NCBI GenBank assembly: GCA_963712745.1
Contig: CAVQJC010000006.1
Coordinates: forward strand, 256,001 to 320,000
Origin: an uncultured Chloroflexia bacterium
GTDB lineage: Bacteria > Chloroflexota > Limnocylindria > Limnocylindrales > CSP1-4
Length of the DNA: 64,000 bases
Reading direction: 5' to 3'
The position numbers were made by a program, and so were the translations under genes. This document shows, one piece after another, positions 48,682-62,573 of this stretch. Each line of letters begins with the position of its first letter. Position 1 is the stretch's first letter. The notes below the pieces were generated by a model. That model was given only the letters and a program-made list of their open reading frames with translations. It ran no database searches and was not told the DNA's origin.

Positions 48682-49335
48682 GTGCGTTTCCTGATGGACC
48701 TGTTGCTCCCGCCTACCTGCCCCGGATGTGGGCGCGAGGGCAAGGTGCTCTGTGACGATTGCTGCGCGCCCTTGCGGCGCCGGCTGGCCGAACCGCCAGG
48801 TTCTCCCCTGGGCCTGCCGGCGGTGATGCCGCCCGGTCTGCTGCAGCTGGAGTGGTGCGCCATGTACAGCGGACCCGTGCGCGCCGCCCTCCATGCGCTC
48901 AAGTACCGCGGGGAGCGCCGGCTGGCCCAGCCGCTCGGGGCCGTGCTGGCCGAGCGCTGGAGGCGGGCGGGGCGGGGTGGGGATTTGCTGACGTGGGTGC
49001 CCGTCCACCCGTCCAGGCGCCGCGAGCGAGGCTTCGACCAGGCGGAGGAGCTGGCACGGGTCGTAGCCAGAGAGCTGAGCCTACCTGTGGAGCGCTGCCT
49101 CGAGCGTCGGCTCCGTACCAGCGCCCTCCACGGACTGAGCCGGGACGAACGCGCCGGCAGCACGGCTGGTGCGTTCGTCGCCGTGCCCGCCTCGAGGCCA
49201 TGGCTGCAGGGATGCTGGGTCGTCATCGTCGACGACATCCTGACCACCGGTGCGACGCTCGCAGGCTGCGCCGCGGCCCTGGCTGAGGGCGGTGCAGCGG
49301 CCGTCTCAGCCATGACCGTAGCGCGCGACCGCTGA
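48682..49335 (+). CDS. comF: ComF family competence protein (Zn ribbon + PRTase)
   Basis: CPGC...LCDDC, ERGFDQA, IVDDILTTGAT. Confidence 0.9.
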   Translation: MRFLMDLLLPPTCPGCGREGKVLCDDCCAPLRRRLAEPPGSPLGLPAVMPPGLLQLEWCAMYSGPVRAALHALKYRGERRLAQPLGAVLAERWRRAGRGGDLLTWVPVHPSRRRERGFDQAEELARVVARELSLPVERCLERRLRTSALHGLSRDERAGSTAGAFVAVPASRPWLQGCWVVIVDDILTTGATLAGCAAALAEGGAAAVSAMTVARDR

Positions 49336-49514
49336 CCAGCCGTGCCGACGGCCGACCGGCCGCGGCAGCAGCGGTTAGCCGGCCGTGGCGGCACCGGCTA
49401 GCCGGACGTGGCGGCGGCGTGGATACCTCGTGCGGCCGAGGTGACGACACCGTACGGCCGAGGCGGGCGGCGGCGGCGCGGCCTATCATCGGACCAAAAG
49501 CGGAGGTGTAGCTG

Positions 49515-50099
49515 GTGCGAACCACGATCAGAGGCAAGAACCTGACCGTCTCGGACAAGGACCGTGCCTACATCGAGCGCAAGTTGCAGCGCCTGGAGCG
49601 GATGCTCGATGATCGCAGCGAAGCCGAGGTCGAGCTTCGGATCGAGGGCAACCGCAAGGTCGCCGACAGTCACGTCGTCGACGTCGCGGTCCTGGCCGCG
49701 GGACAGCATCTGCGCGGCATGGCGGCCGCCTCGACGTTCATGGTCGCGGCCGATGAGGTCATCGACAAGATCGAACGTCGAGTGGTGGAGGCCCGCCAGC
49801 GCCCACGCGACCGCCGTCGCGCAGAGCACGCACGATACGCGGAGTCGGCACTGTCCACGGAGCCACTGGACATGGATGCCTCCGAGGATGACGAGGACGC
49901 GCGCATCGTCAAGATCAAGCGCTTTGCTATCGAGCCCATGTTCGAGGAGGACGCGATCACGCGCATGGAGGAACTGGGGCACACGTTCTTCATCTTCGTC
50001 AACGCGGAGAACGAGCGTGTCGCGGTCCTCTACCGACGCAAGGACGGTCGCTACGGTCTCATCGAGCCTGCCATCGGCGGCGGCTACAGCGACGACTAG
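49515..50099 (+). CDS. hpf: Ribosome hibernation factor, long HPF
   Basis: IRGKNL, RIVKIKRF...PM..EDAI..MEELGH.FFIF, LYRRKDGRYGLIEP. Confidence 0.92.
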   Translation: MRTTIRGKNLTVSDKDRAYIERKLQRLERMLDDRSEAEVELRIEGNRKVADSHVVDVAVLAAGQHLRGMAAASTFMVAADEVIDKIERRVVEARQRPRDRRRAEHARYAESALSTEPLDMDASEDDEDARIVKIKRFAIEPMFEEDAITRMEELGHTFFIFVNAENERVAVLYRRKDGRYGLIEPAIGGGYSDD

Positions 50100-50273
50100 T
50101 ACGGAGTGCACCCGATCGCAGCGTGATGGAGGACCGTTCCCCCACTGCCACCCGGTACCAATGGACCATATTCCCCGGGGCGTCCCCGCAACGAAGATGT
50201 AGCGGCCGCCGGACGGTGGCTGCACCGAAGCGGAAAGCCCGGTGTCCGAAATGGAAGACGCTGTCGGGGTGTT

Positions 50274-50717
50274 ATGAGCGTCCAGAACCCACGGGCCTTC
50301 AACGAGTGGCTCCGAGCACAGCTCAAGGCCAAGAAGATGTCGCAGCGCCAGCTGGCGCAGCAGTCAGGCGTGGACCACTCCACGATCTCGCGCCTGCTCC
50401 GGGGTGACCGCACGCCGTCCCTGGGAACGGCCACGAAGCTGGCCAAGGGCCTTCGAGAACTTCGCGACGATACCGATTCGCCACAGTACTTCGGCCTCAC
50501 CTCTTCCTCGAGCACGCATCCGACCGCGCGCGTGGAGTACGCGCTCCGCTCGGATGACCTCATGAGCGAGCCCCAGGTCCGACAGGTCATGGAGTACTAC
50601 CTGGCCTTGCGCATGCGCCGGCTCTCGGTCCGCCAGACGGGTCGCTACGCACCGGTCCGCCCGGTCGCAGCGGTACGCTCGGTGCCGCCGTCCAGCCCGC
50701 CCAACAAGAAGCACTGA
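50274..50717 (+). CDS. XRE-family HTH transcriptional regulator
   Basis: MSQRQLAQQSGVDHSTISRL..GDRTPS. Confidence 0.88.
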   Translation: MSVQNPRAFNEWLRAQLKAKKMSQRQLAQQSGVDHSTISRLLRGDRTPSLGTATKLAKGLRELRDDTDSPQYFGLTSSSSTHPTARVEYALRSDDLMSEPQVRQVMEYYLALRMRRLSVRQTGRYAPVRPVAAVRSVPPSSPPNKKH

Positions 50718-50796
50718 CCGGCGGCGGGTCGGCCGCCTCCACGTCGCGTATCCTCGACCACGGCCCTGCCCGCGCCTGCCCGGCGCTGTGCCCCAG

Positions 50797-52005
50797 CTAG
50801 GCCGTGGTCGCTTCCTGCTCGACCGACCCGTCGTCCTCGGCAGCGCCCGCGCCCGGCGCATCCGCGTCGTCATTCGAGGCCGTCGGACGGCCACCCTTGG
50901 TCTTGGGCGAGAGCAGGTAGGCGATGAACCCCAGGATGATGACCGAGAGCACGCTGATGGCCCGGTCCACCAGCGCGATGGCGGCAGCCTCGTTGGGGTC
51001 GGCCTGATAGACCACCGTGAGCAGGCCCACGATACCGGCCTCCACGATGCCCAGGCCGGCCGGCGTGAAGGGTACGGCGGTAAGGAGCGAGGCCACCAGA
51101 GCCACGAAGAACGCGCCGCTGATGCCCAGCGAAATCTCGAAGTCGAGGGCATAGGTCACGAACAGCAGCCGCAGGGCCTCGGTAGTCCAGATGAGCAGCG
51201 TGAGCATCGCGACCATGGGCAGGGTCCGACGGTCGGTCGAGAAGACGCCTTCCTCGAAGCGTTCGTACAGCCCCTTGGCCCGCTCGGGTAGCGGAAGTCG
51301 TTCGACCAGCCGCCGTCCGAAGTTGCGCAGGCTGAAGAGGCCGATGGCGATGATGACCACCACCACGATGCCCAACAGCATGATCAGGCGCACGGTCTCG
51401 TCCAGGCCGGTGCGGAAGGACCAGAAGGCTGCCCCCAGGCCGAGGATGACGATGGCGAAGATGTCGAACATGCGCTCGATGAAGATCGTCCCGAAGGTCG
51501 CTGACAGCGAGACCGGGTAGTTGACCTTCAGCAGCCACGCTCGGTAGACCTCGCCGAGCTTGGCCGGCACGACGCTGTTGACGAGCCAGCTGACGAAGAT
51601 GATCTCCGTGGAGTCACGCACACCCACCCTGGCCCCGATGCCGCGCAGCAGCAGCGACCAGCGGTAGCCGCGCAGCGGGAAGCCGAGGTAGTAGATGACG
51701 AAGGCGGCCAGCAGCCACCAGGGATCAGCGCCGAGGACGTGGCCCACGAGCGTGTCGAGCTCGAACCCCGGCAGAGCGACGGCGAAGAGGATGAGGACGA
51801 TGATCGGGACGATGATCGAGGCCTGGGTCCGGCGGTTGCGCAGGCGATCGGTCAGCGGGACCGCGCCCTCGGAGAGGTCGTCCTGCAGGAGCGGATCTTC
51901 CTTCACCGCATCGCCGACGTCGGGGACCTCGTCGAGAGCGAGCACGAAGGGCTCGGTCCGCTCGCGGATCTCGCGGCCCCCGTCGCCGCCGCTCGGCTCA
52001 CTCAC
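50797..52005 (-). CDS. Flippase-like membrane protein (LPG_synthase_TM/YbhN family)
   Basis: RW..LL, NSVVPAKLGEVYR, ERMFD, PFTPAGLGIVEA, DR motifs. Confidence 0.85.
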   Translation of the reverse strand: MSEPSGGDGGREIRERTEPFVLALDEVPDVGDAVKEDPLLQDDLSEGAVPLTDRLRNRRTQASIIVPIIVLILFAVALPGFELDTLVGHVLGADPWWLLAAFVIYYLGFPLRGYRWSLLLRGIGARVGVRDSTEIIFVSWLVNSVVPAKLGEVYRAWLLKVNYPVSLSATFGTIFIERMFDIFAIVILGLGAAFWSFRTGLDETVRLIMLLGIVVVVIIAIGLFSLRNFGRRLVERLPLPERAKGLYERFEEGVFSTDRRTLPMVAMLTLLIWTTEALRLLFVTYALDFEISLGISGAFFVALVASLLTAVPFTPAGLGIVEAGIVGLLTVVYQADPNEAAAIALVDRAISVLSVIILGFIAYLLSPKTKGGRPTASNDDADAPGAGAAEDDGSVEQEATTA

Positions 52006-52757
52006 GGCGCCCTCTCGGTGCTTCCGCCCGTCGCGCCGGGCCGGATACGCCCGTTGCCCTTGGCGCGGTTGACGAGCTTGGCCAGCGGCGTCCACAGACG
52101 CACGTAGTACGAGGCGCGGCCGGTCATCAGCTCGGCGTCGGGCAGCAGGGCACGCAGTTCCTCGGCAGTGCTGAACGGTCCCGGCAGCACCGTCGTGGCG
52201 ATACCCAGCTCGGTGAGGCTGTGGGCATCCGAGGAGGCCACGCCGGGCAGCCCCCGGCGTTCGGCGAACGCTCCCGCGAGCGGGTTGGCATCCCGGTAGG
52301 CACGGGCGTTGTGCGTCTCCACGTAGTCAACGATACCGGCCAACTCCTCGAGCTTCTGGTCGACCTCACCGGCCTGACTGCCGCCGGAGCTGCGGAAGCT
52401 GTCGAACGGGTGGGGCAGGCCCACCAGGCCGCCCTGCTCGCGGATGGCTGCCGCGGTCTCGACCGCGGAGAGCCCCGGGGGCACGAGGTCGCGCAGGAAC
52501 AGACCAAGCATGTCGCCGTCGGCAGAGCGGATCTCCTCACCCACGATGACCTGCAGGCCAGGCGGCGCAGACTCCGCGGCTTTTCGTGCGCCGTCGATAC
52601 GCTCGTGATCGGTGATGGCCAGGTGGGTCAAGCCCAGGCTCACGGCCTTGGCCATCATCTTGCGCGGGTCGGCGAGCGAGTCGAAGGAGGCGGAGCTGTG
52701 GGTGTGCAGGTCGACGAACGAGCGGCGCCCGGCGGAGGAGCCCGCTGCGTCGGACAT
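52002..52757 (-). CDS. PHP-domain phosphoesterase
   Basis: DLHTHS, AITDH, GEE, PHPFD, SDAH. Confidence 0.9.
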   Translation of the reverse strand: MSDAAGSSAGRRSFVDLHTHSSASFDSLADPRKMMAKAVSLGLTHLAITDHERIDGARKAAESAPPGLQVIVGEEIRSADGDMLGLFLRDLVPPGLSAVETAAAIREQGGLVGLPHPFDSFRSSGGSQAGEVDQKLEELAGIVDYVETHNARAYRDANPLAGAFAERRGLPGVASSDAHSLTELGIATTVLPGPFSTAEELRALLPDAELMTGRASYYVRLWTPLAKLVNRAKGNGRIRPGATGGSTERAP

Positions 52758-52759
52758 GC

Positions 52760-53749
52760 CTAGACCTTCTGGACCAGCGACGACTTGAAGAAGTCGAAAT
52801 GCTCCATGGCCAGGCCGGTGCCCAGGGCCACGCAGTTGAGCGGGTTCTCGGCCACGTGACAGGGCACGCCCGTGACCTGCGTCAGGAGGCGGTCCATATT
52901 GCGCAACAGGGCCCCGCCGCCAGTCATGACCATGCCCTTGTCGATGATGTCGCTGGCCAGCTCGGGCGGGGTCTGCTCGAGTACCGCCCGCACGGCCGTG
53001 ACGACCTGCTGCAGCGGTTTCTCCATGGCCTCCATGACCTCCGAGCTCGTCAGCGGGATAGTCCGGGGCAAGCCGGCGACGAGGTCGCGTCCTCGCACAT
53101 CGAGGGTGAGCTCGCGCTCGAGCGGCAGGGCCGTGCCGATGGCGATCTTGACCTCCTCGGCGGTGCGCTCACCGATCATGAGGTTGTACTTGCGGCGGAT
53201 ATAGCCGGCGATGGCCTCGTCGAAGCGGTTGCCGCCAACGCGTAGGGAGCGGCTGACCACGATCCCACCGAGGGCCACCACCGCGATCTCGCTGGTGCCG
53301 CCGCCGATATCGATGACCATGTTCCCCGAGGCGCCCGAGATGGGCACGTTGGCGCCGATGGCGGCTGCCAGCGGCTCCTCGATGAGGTAGGCCTCCCGAG
53401 CTCCTGCCTTGAGCGCGGCATCGCGCACCGCGCGCTTTTCCACGCTGGTTACCCCGGAGGGCACGCAGACCATGACATCCGGTTTGGTGAAGGTGCGCCC
53501 GGCCTTGCGGATGAAGTAGCGCAGCATCGCCTCGGTGATGACGTAGTCGGCGATCACACCGTCTTTCATGGGCCTGATGGCCGAGATGTTGTCTGGAGTG
53601 CGGCCGATCATCTCGCGCGCCTCTTCGCCCACGGCCACGATGTGGTTGCTCTCGCTGATGGCTACCACCGAGGGCTCGCGGATGACGATGCCCTTGCCCT
53701 TGACGTACACGAGCACGTTGGCCGTGCCCAGGTCGATCCCGATCTTCAT
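52760..53749 (-). CDS. mreB: Rod shape-determining protein MreB/Mbl
   Basis: [28 protein letters not shown]. Confidence 0.96.
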   Translation of the reverse strand: MKIGIDLGTANVLVYVKGKGIVIREPSVVAISESNHIVAVGEEAREMIGRTPDNISAIRPMKDGVIADYVITEAMLRYFIRKAGRTFTKPDVMVCVPSGVTSVEKRAVRDAALKAGAREAYLIEEPLAAAIGANVPISGASGNMVIDIGGGTSEIAVVALGGIVVSRSLRVGGNRFDEAIAGYIRRKYNLMIGERTAEEVKIAIGTALPLERELTLDVRGRDLVAGLPRTIPLTSSEVMEAMEKPLQQVVTAVRAVLEQTPPELASDIIDKGMVMTGGGALLRNMDRLLTQVTGVPCHVAENPLNCVALGTGLAMEHFDFFKSSLVQKV

Positions 53750-53758
53750 GTGGGCCGG

Positions 53759-55081
53759 CTAGCGAGCCGGATCCTGCTCGATGCGGGCGCCGAGGTCGAG
53801 CAGCTTGCCTTCGATGCCTTCGTAGCCGCGGCGCACGTGATGGACGCCGTGGATCGTGGAATGGCCCTGCGCCGCGAGGGCGCCGAGGATGAGCGAGGCC
53901 CCGGCCCGCAGGTCGCCGACCTCGACCTCCGCGCCCTGCAACTGGGAGGGGCCGCTGATGACCGCATGATGAGCATCCTGGATCTCTGCATTCGCACCCA
54001 TGAGGCCAAGATCGGTGAGCCACTCCAAGCGGTCCTCGTAGATGGTCTCATGGACCGTGCTCCGGCCGCGTGCCTGTGTCAGCAGCACCCCGGTGGGTGG
54101 CTGCAGGTCCGTGGCCAGACCGGGGTAGGCCCCGGTCTCGATGTCGGTGGCGCTGTAGCCTCCCAACCCGGCTCCGCGCACGGTGATGCGATCACCCTCG
54201 CCGCGGACTTCGACGCCGACCTGCTCGAGCACGTCGAGGAAGGCGCCGAGGTGGGCGCCCGGCGCGCCGCTGAGGGTGACTTCACCACCGGTGATGGCCG
54301 CAGCCACCGCGAACGTGCCGGCCTCGATGCGGTCGGCGATGACATGGTGGGTAGCTCCGCGCAGGCGGCGGCGACCCTCGACCTCGATGACGTCGGGGGC
54401 GGTGCGCTCGACCTCCGCACCCATCGACTGCAGCAGCCGGATGAGGTCGTCGATCTCAGGCTCGCGAGCGGCCGGTCGGATGGTCGTGTGGCCGTCCGCG
54501 AGTGTGGCCGCGAGTAGGGCGTTCTCGGTGCCCATGACCGTGACATGCGGGAAGCCCACCTCGCCACCGCGCAGGCGGCCGGGAGCCTGGGCGAAGTAGT
54601 AGCCGTTGCGGTAATCGATGGTGGCACCCAGCGCCTCCATCGCCTCCACATGCAGATCCACCGGACGCCGGCCGATGCGGTCGCCGCCAGGGTTGCTGAT
54701 GATGACCTTGCCGAGACGGGCCAACAGCGGACCAAGCAGGATGAAGCTGGCGCGCATGCGTGCGGCTGCCTCGAGCGGCACGAAGTTCCAGTCGATGTCG
54801 CCGGCGCTGACCTCGTAGGTGTTGGGCTCGGGGTGCTCGACCACCACGCCGAGGTCGCTCAGCACCTCCGCCATCAGGGAGACGTCGGCGATCTCAGGCA
54901 CATTCGTGAAACGGCAGCGCTCACCCGTAAGCGTGGCCGCGGCCAGCAGCTTGAGTGCCGCGTTCTTGGAGCCGCTGATGGGCACCTCGCCGCGCAGGGC
55001 CAGACCACCCTCGATACGAATCGTCTCATCGGGGACGACCGGGGCCTGGTACTCCCAGTGGAAGGGCCGAGTGGCTGCCAT
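53759..55081 (-). CDS. murA: UDP-N-acetylglucosamine 1-carboxyvinyltransferase
   Basis: SGSKNA, MRAS, PGGDRIGRRP, AAREPEI, DRIEAGT, DLRAGA, RGYE. Confidence 0.96.
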   Translation of the reverse strand: MAATRPFHWEYQAPVVPDETIRIEGGLALRGEVPISGSKNAALKLLAAATLTGERCRFTNVPEIADVSLMAEVLSDLGVVVEHPEPNTYEVSAGDIDWNFVPLEAAARMRASFILLGPLLARLGKVIISNPGGDRIGRRPVDLHVEAMEALGATIDYRNGYYFAQAPGRLRGGEVGFPHVTVMGTENALLAATLADGHTTIRPAAREPEIDDLIRLLQSMGAEVERTAPDVIEVEGRRRLRGATHHVIADRIEAGTFAVAAAITGGEVTLSGAPGAHLGAFLDVLEQVGVEVRGEGDRITVRGAGLGGYSATDIETGAYPGLATDLQPPTGVLLTQARGRSTVHETIYEDRLEWLTDLGLMGANAEIQDAHHAVISGPSQLQGAEVEVGDLRAGASLILGALAAQGHSTIHGVHHVRRGYEGIEGKLLDLGARIEQDPAR

Positions 55082-55106
55082 CAGGACCTAGTCTCGGCTA
55101 TCTGGC

Positions 55107-55535
55107 CTAACGGCGCTGCCGGGGCCCCTCGCGGTGCCGGCGCTCGGCGACGCGGATACGCAGCAGCGCCCGCTCCATGGCAGCCCGGGCACGCGCCAGG
55201 TCGTCCGGTTCGTCGAACCCGGCAGCGATGGCCCGCTCGGCCTCGTTGCGCGCCTCCTCGGCGGCTTCGAGGTCGATCTCCGCAGCGAGGTCGGCCAGCT
55301 CGGCCATGACCACGACCTTGTCGGGTCGCACCTGCACGAACCCGCCGGCGATGGCGAAGTACTCCACCTCGCCGCCCTTCTGGATGCGCAGCTCGCCCAC
55401 GCCGAGCATCGAGAGCAGCGGCGCGTGGTGGGGTAGCACACCGAACTCGCCCTCCGTGCCGGGGCAGTAGACCGCATCGACCATGTCCGAGTAGGTCTCG
55501 CGCTCGGGAGTCACGATCTCCAGCTGGAGCGGCAT
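55107..55535 (-). CDS. atpC: ATP synthase epsilon subunit
   Basis: LEIVTPE, GEFGVLPHHAP, GGFVQV. Confidence 0.96.
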   Translation of the reverse strand: MPLQLEIVTPERETYSDMVDAVYCPGTEGEFGVLPHHAPLLSMLGVGELRIQKGGEVEYFAIAGGFVQVRPDKVVVMAELADLAAEIDLEAAEEARNEAERAIAAGFDEPDDLARARAAMERALLRIRVAERRHREGPRQRR

Positions 55536-55576
55536 GGCCTAGCCCTCCTCCCCTGCTCGCGGACGGGTTGCCATCG

Positions 55577-57884
<2,308 letters not shown>

Positions 57885-57932
57885 GAGCTGGTGGCTTCCT
57901 CCTGTTGGGGGACGGCGTCGGCCGTCGCTCGG

Positions 57933-59465
<1,533 letters not shown>

Positions 59466-59485
59466 GCGTGTTCCTTCTGGCGGCG

Positions 59486-60031
59486 TCAGCTAGCGATGGT
59501 CGAGAGGTGGGAGCGGAGTCGTTCGAGGCGGCCGCGAGCGGAGCCGTCGATGAGCTGGTCGCCCACGCGTACGGCGAGCCCACCGAGCAGGGCCGGGTCG
59601 ACTTCCTGGTGGAGCTCGATGCGTTTGCCGGTGAGGGTCTCGAGGCGGCCCTGGAGAGCCTCCATCTCGGCAGCATCGAGCGTGCTGGCGGAGGTCGCGG
59701 TGGCCTCCACGATGCCCTCGCGCAGCCGGTAGAGGCGCATGAACTCCCGGATGACCGTGGGCAGCTGCTCGAAGCGGCCCCGGCGGACGAGGAGCGCGAG
59801 CAGATTGCCCTGGCGGCCACTCACGTCGTCGCCGAGGATGCGCTTGAGGACATCTACGCGCGAGGCTGCGGGCACAGCCGGATTCGAAAGCAGGCGCACG
59901 ACCTGGCTGTCGGTCAGGCGCTCATCGGCCACGACGAACGCCGCCAGCCAGGCCTCCATCGAGTCGTCGCGTTCAGCGATCTCGAAGGCGGCCGCCGCGT
60001 AGCGGCGAGCCGTGCTACGGGCTAGCGCCAT
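59486..60031 (-). CDS. atpH: ATP synthase delta subunit
   Basis: [24 protein letters not shown]. Confidence 0.96.
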   Translation of the reverse strand: MALARSTARRYAAAAFEIAERDDSMEAWLAAFVVADERLTDSQVVRLLSNPAVPAASRVDVLKRILGDDVSGRQGNLLALLVRRGRFEQLPTVIREFMRLYRLREGIVEATATSASTLDAAEMEALQGRLETLTGKRIELHQEVDPALLGGLAVRVGDQLIDGSARGRLERLRSHLSTIAS

Positions 60032-60056
60032 GCACCACCCGCGTCGATGTGTGGCA

Positions 60057-60647
60057 TCAGTTGCGAGCGTCTCCGGCTGGAGCCTCAGCCGAGACCTGGG
60101 TCAGGAACTCGTCCACGAGCCGCTTTTCGCGGTCGTCGCTCATGGTCTCACCCACGACCTTGCCGGCAGCGGCCAGAGCCAATTCTGCGACCTGGCCACG
60201 AACGTCGGCGAGGGCGCGCTTGCGCTCGGCGTCGATCTCGGCGACAGCGCGCTCGCGCAGGCGGTCGATCTCCGCCTGTGTCTCGGCGACGCCCTTCTCA
60301 CGCTCATCGTCCGCGACCTTCTGGGCACGCTGGACGATCTCGCTGGCCTCCTTGCGGGCCTCGTTGAGTAGCGCCTGCCGCTGGTCGGCTGCGGCCTCAC
60401 GGTCGCGCCGGGCTGCGTCGGCATCCTTGAGCCCCTGCTCGATGCGCTCGCGCCGCTCGGCCAGCCGCTCGCCGAGCGGCTCGATGACGATCTTCCAGGC
60501 AAGCAGGAAGAAGACGGCGAAGTTGGCGCCGGCCACGATGACCCAGAACAGGTTGACGGTGAGCCCGCCCCCTTCCTCACCACCCGATTCGGCGGCGAGC
60601 ACGGGTAGTGCCTCGGTCAGGCCCTGTGCGACGGCCAGGAGTTCCAC
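60057..60647 (-). CDS. atpF: ATP synthase F0 subunit b
   Basis: N-terminal TM (ANFAVF), ERRERI, long charged helix; operon position. Confidence 0.93.
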   Translation of the reverse strand: MELLAVAQGLTEALPVLAAESGGEEGGGLTVNLFWVIVAGANFAVFFLLAWKIVIEPLGERLAERRERIEQGLKDADAARRDREAAADQRQALLNEARKEASEIVQRAQKVADDEREKGVAETQAEIDRLRERAVAEIDAERKRALADVRGQVAELALAAAGKVVGETMSDDREKRLVDEFLTQVSAEAPAGDARN

Positions 60648-60668
60648 AGCTACGACGTACCCGACTGT

Positions 60669-61067
60669 CTAGGCGACGAAGACGAGGGCCAGGGCCACGA
60701 CCAGCGCGATGATGCCGAGACCCTCAGCGAACGCAGCCATGAGGACCGCGACGCTGCGGATCTGGCCAGCGGCGTCGGGGTTGCGGCCGATGGCGCTGGC
60801 AGACATGCCGGCGAGGATGCCGATGGCGAGACCGGGTCCGACGATGCTGATGGCGGCGAGGCCAGCGCCGATAGGTGCGAGGTCGACCGGCTGACTCGCG
60901 GCGGCCGCAGCCTCGGTGGCTTCGGCGGCAAGTGTCGGCGAGACCAACATCAGCAGGGCGATGCCGGTGATAGCGGCCGCGACGATGAGGTAGATGGGCA
61001 GCCTACGCCATCGCCGGCCCTCCGCCGCCGACGCGACTGCCTGGGACATTGCCTGTGCTGCTTGCAT
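60669..61067 (-). CDS. atpE: ATP synthase F0 subunit c with an N-terminal signal-peptide-like extension
   Basis: IGAGLA..GPGLAIG, RNP loop, FAEGL carboxylate; operon position. Confidence 0.9.
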   Translation of the reverse strand: MQAAQAMSQAVASAAEGRRWRRLPIYLIVAAAITGIALLMLVSPTLAAEATEAAAAASQPVDLAPIGAGLAAISIVGPGLAIGILAGMSASAIGRNPDAAGQIRSVAVLMAAFAEGLGIIALVVALALVFVA

Positions 61068-61165
61068 TCCGGGCTTCCTCCTGGTTTGGTGACGCTCGCT
61101 GTGCCGGGCGCCTCGCCCGGTGGTTGGTGTGGTACTGAGGTGGGCTGCTATGCCCGTCTTGGTCT

Positions 61166-62254
61166 CTAGGCGCTGGCGGTGGCCCCCTGTTCCCCGTCCT
61201 TGTAGGCGAACGAATCGGCGGCAAGCGCCTCCCCTTCCTCATGCTCCTCTTCGTGATGGCTCTCGATGGCCGCCAGGATGAAGATCAGGGTCAGGGTGGA
61301 GAAGATGAGTGCCTGGACGAAGGTCAGGATGATCTCCAGTCCGTAGAGCGCGACCGGGATGAGGAGGGCGCCAGCGAGCGCGGTGACGATGGCCAGGGCC
61401 ACCTCACCGCCGTAGATGTTGCCGAAGAGTCGCATCGACAGCGTTATCGGCTTGACGAACTCGAGGATGAGCTCGATCAGGCCCACGAACATGCCGATGA
61501 GCCCCGCGCCGATGCCGCCCTTGAACTCGTAGACAGGGAAGAACCTAGAGAGATAGCCGCCGACGCCAAGTACGCGGAAGCCCTGGAACTGGAAGTAAAG
61601 CCAGGCGAACAGGGCCAGTCCGAGCGTGACGTTGAGGTCGCTGGTAGGGGCGCGCGTGGCCGGCAGGATGCCGATGCCCGGAATCAGGCCGCTCCAGTTG
61701 AAGGCGAGGATGAGCACGAAGAAGGCGGCGAAGATGGGGACGTAGCGCCCGGCCTTGCTGCCACCCATGCCGAAGGACCAGCCGCTCAGCGACTCGTGCG
61801 CCCATTCGGCGAAGTTCTGGAAGAAGCCGGGCACGTCTCCGCGACCGCGAGTAGCCAGTATGAGCACGCCGAGCACGATGGCGGTGATGACGAACATCGT
61901 CACCAGCGTGTCGGTGAGGCTGATCTCGAAGGTCACCAGGCCAGTGTCGCCGTGGCCACCGCCGGCCACCCAGACTTCGTGAGGGCGCGGCAGGTGGAGC
62001 GTGCCGTTGACCAGGCAATTGATGGTGTCGGTCAAGTCACCGGTTTCGAGGCAAGCCTGATCCGGGTTGTCGTAGTCGAAGGGAGCGGTCGGTCCCCACA
62101 GCAGTGCTCCGAGATTGATGACGATGAGGAACACGATCGAGCCGATCAGGAATCTCGTCGAGACGCGGCTCTTCTTGTCCGCGCTGAACTCGATCTGGTC
62201 GTTCGGTTCGTCCGACAGGTTCTGGGCGTCTGCCGGGGCCGGATCGTTGGACAC
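61166..62254 (-). CDS. atpB: ATP synthase F0 subunit a, N-terminally extended
   Basis: NWSGLIPG, PTSDLN, LSMRLFGN, VQALIF. Confidence 0.95.
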   Translation of the reverse strand: MSNDPAPADAQNLSDEPNDQIEFSADKKSRVSTRFLIGSIVFLIVINLGALLWGPTAPFDYDNPDQACLETGDLTDTINCLVNGTLHLPRPHEVWVAGGGHGDTGLVTFEISLTDTLVTMFVITAIVLGVLILATRGRGDVPGFFQNFAEWAHESLSGWSFGMGGSKAGRYVPIFAAFFVLILAFNWSGLIPGIGILPATRAPTSDLNVTLGLALFAWLYFQFQGFRVLGVGGYLSRFFPVYEFKGGIGAGLIGMFVGLIELILEFVKPITLSMRLFGNIYGGEVALAIVTALAGALLIPVALYGLEIILTFVQALIFSTLTLIFILAAIESHHEEEHEEGEALAADSFAYKDGEQGATASA

Positions 62255-62289
62255 GCTAGCTCCGTTGGGACGGAGCGCCGATGCGTCCG

Positions 62290-62508
62290 TCAGTCATCTA
62301 TCTGCGCGAGGAACCGGCCCAGGATGCGCCAGTCCGCCACAGCCCCCACCAGGATCCCGAGTAGGAACCCGCTGATCACGAGCAGAGGATTGGTGCCCAG
62401 CTGCTGGTCGAGCCAGTGGCCGAGCAGGAGCCCCCCGAACGTCGTCACGAATAGGACGAGCCCGATCTCGCTGAACAGGGCGAAGTATGCGAATGATTTC
62501 CCGTCCAT
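62290..62508 (-). CDS. atpZ: AtpZ/AtpI-family small membrane protein
   Basis: G.WLD..LGTNP motif, two TM helices, first gene of the atp operon. Confidence 0.8.
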   Translation of the reverse strand: MDGKSFAYFALFSEIGLVLFVTTFGGLLLGHWLDQQLGTNPLLVISGFLLGILVGAVADWRILGRFLAQIDD

Positions 62509-62573
62509 GTGGGCGCCCCTCGCGGGCGGCTAGGAGTATAGCAGCACGCTCGTGCTGCACCTTTCGGCGCCGC

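Noticed and set aside
49339-49398. GC-rich imperfect hairpin between comF and hpf
   Set aside because: Expected by chance at this GC content; no recognisable RNA family motif.
50150-50270. Hairpins upstream of the XRE gene as a possible riboswitch
   Set aside because: No match to an aptamer consensus I can recognise; too little evidence.
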